DNA of 64,000 nt from Escherichia coli O127:H6 str. E2348/69 (GTDB lineage: Bacteria; Pseudomonadota; Gammaproteobacteria; Enterobacterales; Enterobacteriaceae), in the NCBI RefSeq assembly GCF_000026545.1, contig NC_011601.1; one strand, 5' to 3'. The notes below the pieces were generated by a model. That model was given only the letters and a program-made list of their open reading frames with translations. It made no database searches and was not told the DNA's origin. How positions within the stretch are numbered: position 1 is the first letter of the stretch; every line of letters begins with the position of its first letter. Shown in pieces: positions 55,813 to 64,000 of the stretch. The position numbers and the translations under genes are program-made.

Positions 55813-58509
55813 ATGTTTAAAGAAATTTTTACCCGGTTCATTCGCCATTTACCTTCCCGTCTGGTTCATCGTGATCCATTGCCTGGCGCGCAGCAGACAG
55901 TGAATGCGGCGGTCCCGCCTTCTTTAAGTGCGCATTGCCTGAAAATGGCGGTGATGCCCGAAGAAGAATTGTGGAAAACGTTCGACACCCATCCGGAAGG
56001 GTTAAATCTGGCGGAAGTGGAATCTGCCCGCGAACAACATGGTGAAAATAAATTACCCGCACAACAACCGTCGCCGTGGTGGGTACATTTATGGGTCTGC
56101 TATCGCAACCCCTTTAATATTTTGCTTACCATTCTCGGTGCTATTTCTTACGCCACGGAAGATTTATTTGCCGCAGGTGTTATCGCGCTAATGGTCGCTA
56201 TTTCTACGTTGCTGAACTTTATTCAGGAAGCTCGTTCCACCAAAGCGGCAGATGCCCTGAAAGCGATGGTCAGTAATACCGCGACGGTACTGCGCGTAAT
56301 TAACGATAAAGGTGAAAATGGCTGGCTGGAAATCCCGATAGACCAACTGGTGCCCGGCGATATTATAAAACTGGCGGCGGGGGATATGATCCCGGCAGAT
56401 TTACGTATCTTGCAGGCGCGGGATCTGTTTGTCGCTCAGGCGTCGTTAACCGGTGAGTCTCTGCCCGTAGAAAAAGCCGCTACCACTCGCCAGCCGGAGC
56501 ACAGTAATCCGCTGGAGTGCGACACCCTGTGTTTTATGGGCACCACCGTGGTGAGCGGCACGGCACAAGCAATGGTGATTGCCACAGGTGCCAATACCTG
56601 GTTTGGTCAACTGGCGGGTCGTGTTAGTGAGCAGGAAAGCGAGCCGAATGCCTTTCAGCAAGGGATTAGCCGCGTCAGTATGCTGCTGATTCGCTTTATG
56701 CTGGTGATGGCTCCGGTGGTGTTGCTTATCAACGGTTACACCAAAGGTGACTGGTGGGAAGCTGCACTGTTTGCGCTTTCGGTCGCGGTAGGTTTAACGC
56801 CAGAAATGTTGCCGATGATTGTTACCTCGACGCTGGCGCGTGGCGCAGTCAAGTTGTCGAAACAGAAAGTGATCGTCAAACATCTGGATGCCATTCAGAA
56901 CTTTGGCGCAATGGATATTCTGTGCACTGATAAAACCGGCACCCTGACACAGGATAAAATTGTGCTGGAGAATCATACCGATATCTCCGGTAAAACTAGC
57001 GAACGCGTGCTGCATAGCGCGTGGTTGAACAGTCATTACCAGACCGGGCTTAAAAACCTGCTTGATACAGCGGTGCTCGAAGGTACGGATGAAGAGTCAG
57101 CGCGCTCGCTGGCCAGCCGTTGGCAAAAAATTGATGAGATTCCGTTTGATTTCGAGCGTCGTCGGATGTCGGTGGTTGTGGCAGAAAATACCGAACACCA
57201 TCAGTTGGTTTGCAAAGGTGCATTGCAGGAAATCCTCAATGTGTGTTCGCAAGTGCGTCACAATGGCGAGATTGTACCGCTCGATGACACCATGCTGCGT
57301 AAGATTAAGCGGGTTACTGATACGCTGAATCGTCAGGGGCTGCGCGTGGTTGCGGTGGCGACGAAATACCTGCCAGCGCGTGAAGGAGATTACCAGCGGG
57401 CGGATGAATCCGACCTGATCCTCGAAGGATATATTGCTTTCCTTGATCCGCCAAAAGAGACAACCGCTCCGGCACTGAAGGCATTAAAAGCGAGTGGAAT
57501 TACCGTAAAAATCCTTACTGGCGACAGTGAGTTGGTTGCAGCGAAAGTGTGCCATGAAGTGGGGCTGGACGCGGGAGAGGTGGTCATTGGTAGTGATATT
57601 GAAACGCTATCTGACGACGAACTGGCAAATCTCGCACAGCGCACCACGCTGTTTGCTCGCCTGACGCCGATGCATAAAGAACGCATTGTGACCTTACTGA
57701 AGCGCGAAGGGCATGTGGTTGGCTTTATGGGCGATGGTATAAATGATGCGCCCGCCTTACGTGCTGCGGATATCGGCATTTCTGTGGACGGCGCGGTAGA
57801 TATTGCCCGTGAAGCGGCTGATATCATCCTGCTGGAAAAAAGCCTGATGGTGCTGGAAGAGGGGGTTATTGAGGGACGTCGCACTTTCGCCAACATGCTG
57901 AAATACATCAAAATGACGGCGAGCTCTAACTTCGGTAATGTGTTCAGCGTGCTGGTGGCGAGTGCTTTCTTGCCCTTCCTGCCGATGTTGCCGTTACACT
58001 TGCTTATTCAGAACCTGCTGTACGATGTGTCACAGGTGGCGATCCCGTTTGATAACGTCGACGACGAGCAAATTCAAAAGCCGCAGCGTTGGAATCCGGC
58101 GGATCTGGGGCGCTTTATGGTCTTCTTCGGACCGATCAGCTCGATTTTCGATATTCTGACGTTTTGCCTGATGTGGTGGGTATTCCATGCCAACACGCCG
58201 GAAACGCAAACGCTGTTCCAGTCGGGCTGGTTTGTGGTGGGCTTACTGTCGCAAACGCTGATTGTGCATATGATCCGCACCCGTCGTGTACCGTTTATTC
58301 AGAGCTGTGCATCGTGGCCGTTAATGATCATGACCGTGATCGTGATGATTGTCGGGATCGCATTGCCGTTTTCACCGCTGGCCAGTTATCTGCAGCTGCA
58401 GGCGCTGCCGTTAAGCTATTTCCCGTGGCTGGTTGCGATTCTGGCAGGGTATATGACGTTAACCCAGTTGGTGAAAGGGTTCTATAGCCGTCGTTACGGC
58501 TGGCAGTAA
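55813..58509 (+). CDS. mgtA: Magnesium-transporting P-type ATPase
   Basis: 898-aa ORF with DKTGTLT phosphorylation motif and GDGINDAPAL. Confidence 0.97.
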   Translation: MFKEIFTRFIRHLPSRLVHRDPLPGAQQTVNAAVPPSLSAHCLKMAVMPEEELWKTFDTHPEGLNLAEVESAREQHGENKLPAQQPSPWWVHLWVCYRNPFNILLTILGAISYATEDLFAAGVIALMVAISTLLNFIQEARSTKAADALKAMVSNTATVLRVINDKGENGWLEIPIDQLVPGDIIKLAAGDMIPADLRILQARDLFVAQASLTGESLPVEKAATTRQPEHSNPLECDTLCFMGTTVVSGTAQAMVIATGANTWFGQLAGRVSEQESEPNAFQQGISRVSMLLIRFMLVMAPVVLLINGYTKGDWWEAALFALSVAVGLTPEMLPMIVTSTLARGAVKLSKQKVIVKHLDAIQNFGAMDILCTDKTGTLTQDKIVLENHTDISGKTSERVLHSAWLNSHYQTGLKNLLDTAVLEGTDEESARSLASRWQKIDEIPFDFERRRMSVVVAENTEHHQLVCKGALQEILNVCSQVRHNGEIVPLDDTMLRKIKRVTDTLNRQGLRVVAVATKYLPAREGDYQRADESDLILEGYIAFLDPPKETTAPALKALKASGITVKILTGDSELVAAKVCHEVGLDAGEVVIGSDIETLSDDELANLAQRTTLFARLTPMHKERIVTLLKREGHVVGFMGDGINDAPALRAADIGISVDGAVDIAREAADIILLEKSLMVLEEGVIEGRRTFANMLKYIKMTASSNFGNVFSVLVASAFLPFLPMLPLHLLIQNLLYDVSQVAIPFDNVDDEQIQKPQRWNPADLGRFMVFFGPISSIFDILTFCLMWWVFHANTPETQTLFQSGWFVVGLLSQTLIVHMIRTRRVPFIQSCASWPLMIMTVIVMIVGIALPFSPLASYLQLQALPLSYFPWLVAILAGYMTLTQLVKGFYSRRYGWQ

Positions 58510-58534
58510 AGAATAAACTGGGCATGGTGGCCCG

Positions 58535-58670
58535 GATTCAGATTGCAGACAAAGTGAGCTTTGTTCATGCCGGATGCGGCGTAAACGCCCAATCCGGCCT
58601 ACAAATTAAATAAATTGCAGGAATCACGTAGGCCTGATAAGCGTAGCGCATCAGGCGATTTTGCTTTTGT
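58535..58670. repeat. REP element cluster downstream of mgtA
   Basis: gccggatgcggcgtaaacgcc... and gcctgataagcgtagcgcatcaggc palindromic units. Confidence 0.75.
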
Positions 58671-58714
58671 CATCAGACTTAATCCGGGCATGATAGCCCG
58701 GATTTCCGTCAAGA

Positions 58715-59101
58715 TTAGCGACGAACAGCGATCGCTTCGATCTCAATCTTCACGTCTTTCGGCAGACGGGCAACTTCAACGCAAGAACGTGCCGGGAAGG
58801 TGGCATTGTGTTCGGTGAAGAAGGCTTCGTAGGTAGCATTAACGGTTGCGAAGTCGTTCAGATCTTTCACAAACACGGTAGTTTTAACGATGTCGCCCAC
58901 TTTCAGGCCAGCGGCTTCGACGATCGCTTTTACGTTATCCAGCGACTGACGTGCCTGTGCAGCGACATCTGCCGGGACTTCGCCCGTTTTCGGATTTACC
59001 GGGATCTGACCGGAGGTGATGATCATATTGCCCAGATCAACGCCCTGTACGTAAGGACCGATAGCTGCCGGTGCATTTTCCGTCGCGATAGTTTTGCTCA
59101 T
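58715..59101 (-). CDS. ridA: 2-iminobutanoate/2-iminopropanoate deaminase (RidA/YjgF family)
   Basis: 128-aa product MSKTIATENAPAAIGPYVQGVDLGNMIITSGQIPVNPKTGEV... Confidence 0.95.
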   Translation of the reverse strand: MSKTIATENAPAAIGPYVQGVDLGNMIITSGQIPVNPKTGEVPADVAAQARQSLDNVKAIVEAAGLKVGDIVKTTVFVKDLNDFATVNATYEAFFTEHNATFPARSCVEVARLPKDVKIEIEAIAVRR

Positions 59102-59173
59102 GATTTCTCCTTTATTACAGCGGTAAAAAGTCTGGCTCATTATAGGGAGCCAGACTTTTATTACCAACCGCAA

Positions 59174-59635
59174 TTAATTGGCCAGCACCACATTATGGGA
59201 AAACTCTTTTTCACAGTATTTGCATTTGAGCGCGATGTCATTGGCGCGTTTTCGCACGGCAAAGCTGGATGAAACCGGTTCGGCATGGCTGATACAGTTG
59301 CTGTTCGGGCAGACCAGCACATTGTCGATGCGCTCCGGCAGACTTGGGCGCGATTTACCCACCACTTCATAGTTGTCGATACGGTTAACCGTGGCTTGCG
59401 GTGCATACAATGCCAGTTGGTCTACTTGATCTTCACTCAAAAAGGTATTTTCGATTTTGATCAGATCTTTGCGGCCCATCTCGCCAGAAGGCAAATTCAG
59501 ACCAATGGTGATCCGCTGATCCGTTTCGGTCAGCTTGAACAGACTCAATAGTTTAAAACCGATCTGGGCGGGGATATGGTCAATTACCGTGCCGCGTTTA
59601 ATAGCTTCAACCTGCAATTTATTATCGTGTGTCAT
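59174..59635 (-). CDS. pyrI: Aspartate carbamoyltransferase regulatory chain
   Basis: 153-aa product [52 protein letters not shown]... with C-terminal Zn-binding cysteines. Confidence 0.97.
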
Positions 59636-59647
59636 CTCTATTTCCCC

Positions 59648-60583
59648 TTACAGTACCAGATCGCGATTCAGAACCAGTGCCAGTAACGCCTGGCGAGCGA
59701 AAATCCCGTTGCCTGCTTGCTGGAAGTACCAGGCGTGAGGCGTTTTATCCACATCCGTCGCAATCTCATCAACACGCGGCAGCGGATGCAGCACTTTCAT
59801 ATTGGCTTTGGCGTTGTGGAGATCGCTGGCGCGAAGAACAAACTGCGCTTTCACGTTGGCGTACTCGGACGGGTCCAGACGCTCTTTTTGCACGCGGGTC
59901 ATGTACAGGATGTCTACTTCCGCCATCACTTCTTCAATAGAGCTGTGCAGACTCCAGGCGATCCCTTTTTCATCGAGCATATCCAGAATGTATTGCGGCA
60001 TTGCCAGCGCATCCGGCGCGATAAAGTAAAAACGGTTGCCGTCGAACTTCGCTAGCGCCTGGGTCAGGGAGTGAACGGTGCGGCCATATTTCAGGTCACC
60101 AACCATTGCGACGTGGAGATTGTCCAGACGCCCCTGGGTTTCCTGAATGGTGAATAAGTCCAGCAAGGTTTGCGTCGGATGTTGGTTGGAGCCATCACCG
60201 GCATTCAGTACCGGTACATTGCCGGAAAACTCGGTGGCCAGGCGCGCTGCACCTTCCTGCGGATGACGCATCACTATCGCATCGACGTAAGTGCTGATAA
60301 CCGAAATGGTATCGGCCAGCGTTTCGCCCTTTTTACCCAGTGATGTATTGGCGCTGTCGGAGAAGCCCACCACGCTGGCACCCAGGCGGTGCATGGAAGT
60401 TTCGAAAGAGAGGCGGGTGCGGGTAGAGGCTTCGAAGAAACAGCTGGCAATAACTTTGTGCTTCAACAGCTCTGGTTGCGGGTTCGCTTTCAGTTTCGCC
60501 GCTGTCGCCAGCACCAGATTAAGGTCATCGCGACTAAGGTCGTTTATGGAAATGATATGTTTCTGATATAGCGGATTAGCCAT
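59648..60583 (-). CDS. pyrB: Aspartate carbamoyltransferase catalytic chain
   Basis: 311-aa product [63 protein letters not shown]... Confidence 0.97.
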
Positions 60584-60586
60584 CTT

Positions 60587-60721
60587 TTATCTCCTGACGC
60601 CTGGGCAAAAAAAAGCCCCTCGATTGAGGGGCTGGGAATGGGTGATCAACGGGAAGAAAAACGGCAGGCCAGCGTCTTTTTTCAGACGCGGTAAGACAAA
60701 ATGTCGAACACACTGAACCAT
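60587..60721 (-). CDS. pyrL: pyrBI operon leader peptide
   Basis: 44-aa product MVQCVRHFVLPRLKKDAGLPFFFPLITHSQPLNRGAFFCPGVRR immediately upstream of pyrB. Confidence 0.85.
   Translation of the reverse strand: MVQCVRHFVLPRLKKDAGLPFFFPLITHSQPLNRGAFFCPGVRR
60607..60632 (-). terminator. pyrBI attenuator terminator hairpin (gcccctcaatcgaggggc + U8 on the transcribed strand)
   Basis: 7-bp GC stem followed by a run of 8 T on the minus strand, inside the pyrL 3' region. Confidence 0.8.
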
Positions 60722-61001
60722 ACATCCTCCCGGCAAATTGTCCGGCATTATACTCATCGTCAGAAGCGGCGCAAGCATTTGATGCAATATTTTGTCGGCG
60801 CAAACGGTTTATTTGAATTATAAGTCAAAATATATGCATTTTTATTTGATGTGATTCTGGAGGAGAACTGTCGTTTGGTATCAATAATTGCAGACATTTC
60901 CTGCTTTTTTCTTTTTCACTTTCACGCAATCAGATATGCATTTTATTCCATTCATCCGACTTATAGGGCGGAGTGTGAAAACGAACGGCTAACACTATTG
61001 C

Positions 61002-61397
61002 TTACTGCGCAGGGATGCGCGCTATCACTTTAATTTCAAAATCAAAGCCTGCCAGCCATGTAACGCCCGCCGCCGTCCAGGTTGGATAAGGTGGCGCGCT
61101 AAATATTTCATTTTTCACCGTCATGATGTCTTCAAATTGTTTTTCTGGATCGGTATGAAAGCTCGTAACATCAATGATATCGTCAAAAGTGCATCCCGCA
61201 GCAGCCAGGGTCGCATGCAAATTATCAAATGCCAGTCTGACTTGTTGCTGAAAATCGGGTTCTGGTGTTCCGTCCTCTCGACTTCCTACTTGCCCGGAAA
61301 CAAACAGCAAATCGCCGGAACGAATAGCCGCAGAATAACGATGCTCAGCATACAGTGAATGTCGGCCAGCAGGGAAAACAGCGGTTCTTTCTACCAT
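61002..61397 (-). CDS. yjgH: RidA/YjgF-family protein
   Basis: 131-aa product MVERTAVFPAGRHSLYAEHRYSAAIRSGDLLFVSGQVG... Confidence 0.9.
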   Translation of the reverse strand: MVERTAVFPAGRHSLYAEHRYSAAIRSGDLLFVSGQVGSREDGTPEPDFQQQVRLAFDNLHATLAAAGCTFDDIIDVTSFHTDPEKQFEDIMTVKNEIFSAPPYPTWTAAGVTWLAGFDFEIKVIARIPAQ

Positions 61398-61527
61398 TTG
61401 GTTATCCTCAAGATTTACGACATGAACAGAAGATTTATATTTACCGGGAGCCGCTTTTAGCGGACGACGTGAGTAAACAAAACCCAGACATCATGGATAA
61501 TGGCTGGGCTTAATTGAGCGTAGTCGG

Positions 61528-62241
61528 TTATGCGCCAAACGCGCCATCAATGGTATGCATCGCGCCGGTAACAAAACTGGCTTCTGGCCCTGCTAACCAT
61601 GCGACCATACCAGCGACCTCTTCCGGTTGCCCATGTCTTTTGATGGCCATAAAACCATGCAACATATCGCGCATTGGCCCGTTGGCGGGATTAGCGTCGG
61701 TATCAATTGGCCCTGGCTGGACGACGTTGATGGTGATCCCACGCGGTCCAAAATCACGGGCCAGCCCGCGCGCCATGCCTTGTAGAGCAGATTTACTGGC
61801 GGCATAAGCAGCCATGCCTGCAACAGGCATACGATCGCCATTCACGGAGCCGATGATTAAGATGCGCCCGCCTTCGGGCATCTGCCGGGCGGCTTCAACA
61901 GAGGCATGATAAGGAGCATGAATATTGATTTTGAAAAGGCGATCAATATCGTCGGCATTTAATTCCAGGGCATCGCCAAAGACGCCAATACCTGCATTTA
62001 CCACCAGGATATCCAATGCGCCGCTCTTACGAACGACATCAATAACAGCGTCTCTGTCAGCACTATCTGTGAATACTGCTGTCGCTCCAGTCTTTTGTGC
62101 CAGGCGTTCAGCGGCATCTTTCGACCCCGCATAGGTGAATCGTACATTGGCCCCATCGGTGACAAAACGACGTACGATAGCGGCACCGATTCCACGGCTA
62201 CCACCGAGGATGAGAACTGTCTTACCTGTAAAAGCGCCCAT
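61528..62241 (-). CDS. bdcA: SDR-family oxidoreductase (c-di-GMP-binding biofilm dispersal mediator)
   Basis: 237-aa product MGAFTGKTVLILGGSRGIGAAIVRRFVTDGANVRFTY... (yjgI); internal start of ORF 61528-62319. Confidence 0.9.
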   Translation of the reverse strand: MGAFTGKTVLILGGSRGIGAAIVRRFVTDGANVRFTYAGSKDAAERLAQKTGATAVFTDSADRDAVIDVVRKSGALDILVVNAGIGVFGDALELNADDIDRLFKINIHAPYHASVEAARQMPEGGRILIIGSVNGDRMPVAGMAAYAASKSALQGMARGLARDFGPRGITINVVQPGPIDTDANPANGPMRDMLHGFMAIKRHGQPEEVAGMVAWLAGPEASFVTGAMHTIDGAFGA

Positions 62242-62311
62242 AAGGACTCCTTGATTTATTATGTAACATGCATTACAAAACTGTTTTAACTTTCTGTCAA
62301 CAAGTTTTGTA

Positions 62312-62905
62312 ATGGTCACTAAAAAACAATCTCGCGTTCCAGGTCGTCCCAGACGTTTCGCTCCTGAGCAGGCTGTCTCTGCGGCAAAAGTGCTTTTTCA
62401 CCAAAAAGGTTTCGATGCTGTCAGTGTTGCTGAAGTTACTGATTATCTTGGTATTAACCCCCCGAGTCTCTACGCGGCTTTTGGCAGTAAGGCTGGGTTA
62501 TTTAGCCGTGTACTCAATGAATATGTCGGTACGGAAGCTATTCCGCTTGCCGATATTCTTCGTGATGATCGTCCGGTAGGCGAGTGCCTGGTTGAGGTAT
62601 TAAAAGAAGCGGCGCGCAGATATAGCCAAAACGGCGGCTGCGCTGGCTGTATGGTTCTTGAAGGTATTCATAGTCATGATCCACAAGCGCGTGATATTGC
62701 CATTCAATATTATCACACCGCAGAAACGACCATTTATGACTATATCGCCAGGCGGCATCCACAAAACGCACAATGTGTGACTGATTTTATGAGTACCGTG
62801 ATGTCAGGGCTTTCTGCGAAGGCACGAGAGGGGCACTCTATCGAACAACTCTGTGCAACAGCTGCCCTGGCGGGGGAAGCGATAAAAACTATTCTCAAGG
62901 AGTGA
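62312..62905 (+). CDS. bdcR: TetR-family transcriptional regulator
   Basis: 197-aa product MVTKKQSRVPGRPRRFAPEQAVSAAKVLFHQKGFDAVSVAEVTDYLGINPPSLYAAFGSK...; divergent from bdcA. Confidence 0.9.
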   Translation: MVTKKQSRVPGRPRRFAPEQAVSAAKVLFHQKGFDAVSVAEVTDYLGINPPSLYAAFGSKAGLFSRVLNEYVGTEAIPLADILRDDRPVGECLVEVLKEAARRYSQNGGCAGCMVLEGIHSHDPQARDIAIQYYHTAETTIYDYIARRHPQNAQCVTDFMSTVMSGLSAKAREGHSIEQLCATAALAGEAIKTILKE

Positions 62906-63037
62906 TGCGGGCCTTGACCCGAAAGGCGGGAACTCGCCTGCCGATAAGTTGTGATAAGACAATAATTCACGCGTTAAGGCTAGCGGAATTGATCATCTTT
63001 TCGTATAACGATAGAAATGAAACGTTGTTTTAATTAA

Positions 63038-63502
<465 letters not shown>

Positions 63503-63624
63503 TGACTTTTCGCCGTAAATAACTCCAGGTTTACGGCGAGTTTGTGAAAAGAGCGTTTTTTGATATTTTTTTGTGAGTAAAATTTGTAATGCTTAGACGT
63601 TCTTATTAACTCAAGGAGTTCGTC

Positions 63625-64000
63625 ATGAGCAAAATATCAGATTTGAATTATTCTCAACACATTACATTAGCCGACAATTTTAAACAAAAAAATAAAGCCT
63701 TAGATACCTGGTATGTGGGAATGAATGATTTTTCCCGAATTGCCGGGGGGCAGAATAGCAGAAGCAATATTCTTTCTCCTGGAGCATTTTTGGAGTTTTT
63801 GGCAAAGATATTTACCCTGGGTTATGTGGATTTTAGCAAACGCTCCAACGAAGCGGGTAGAAAGATGATGACTCATATTGAGTCCTCATCTTATTCTAAA
63901 GATACTGATGGCAATGAAAAAATGAAGTTTTACATGAATAATCCTGAAGGGGAGCGAGCGGATTTATCTAAGGTGAAGATAGAATTACACTTGCCTCAGC
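63625..64000 (+). CDS. yjgL: Protein of unknown function, N-terminal part (continues beyond window)
   Basis: ATG at 63625 preceded by AAGGAG; open to window end (MSKISDLNYSQHITLADNFKQKNKALDTWYVGMNDF...). Confidence 0.7.
   Translation, partial: MSKISDLNYSQHITLADNFKQKNKALDTWYVGMNDFSRIAGGQNSRSNILSPGAFLEFLAKIFTLGYVDFSKRSNEAGRKMMTHIESSSYSKDTDGNEKMKFYMNNPEGERADLSKVKIELHLPQ

Overview
The window is an Escherichia coli-type chromosomal segment running from inside ulaA to the start of yjgL; nearly all of it is recognisable core genome. Gene order is ulaABCDEF, yjfY, rpsF-priB-rpsR-rplI, ytfB, fklB, cycA, ytfE, ytfF, ytfG, ytfH, cpdB, cysQ, ytfJ, ytfK, ytfL, msrA, tamAB, ytfP, ppa, ytfQRT-yjfF, fbp, mpl, yjgA, pmbA, cybC, nrdGD, treCBR, mgtLA, ridA, pyrLBI, yjgH, bdcA/bdcR, yjgK and yjgL. 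Two regions are not core. (1) About 10.5 kb between the rplI terminator and the 3' end of ytfB (about 5.9-16.4 kb) is an accessory island with no integrase or tRNA. It carries an AT-rich three-gene module (Xre-type HTH protein, HipA N-subdomain-like small protein, HipA-core kinase) that looks like a HipBST-type split-kinase toxin-antitoxin system, preceded by a 21-bp perfect palindrome. Next to it is a tightly packed six-gene minus-strand operon (SDR, TIM-barrel isomerase/dehydratase-like, enoyl-CoA hydratase, family I CoA-transferase, 690-aa FAD flavoprotein, MFS anion transporter) with a divergent TetR regulator; its substrate is unknown. (2) An IS50/Tn5-like insertion sequence (about 17920-19469) sits between fklB and cycA, with recognisable IS50-type ends, an 8-9 bp target duplication and a transposase interrupted by an in-frame TGA. 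From memory of K-12, chpSB (ytfP-ppa) and ytfI (cysQ-ytfJ) are absent here. All calls rest on reading the translations and sequence by eye; no searches were run. Coordinates of short motifs are approximate to about 2 nt.
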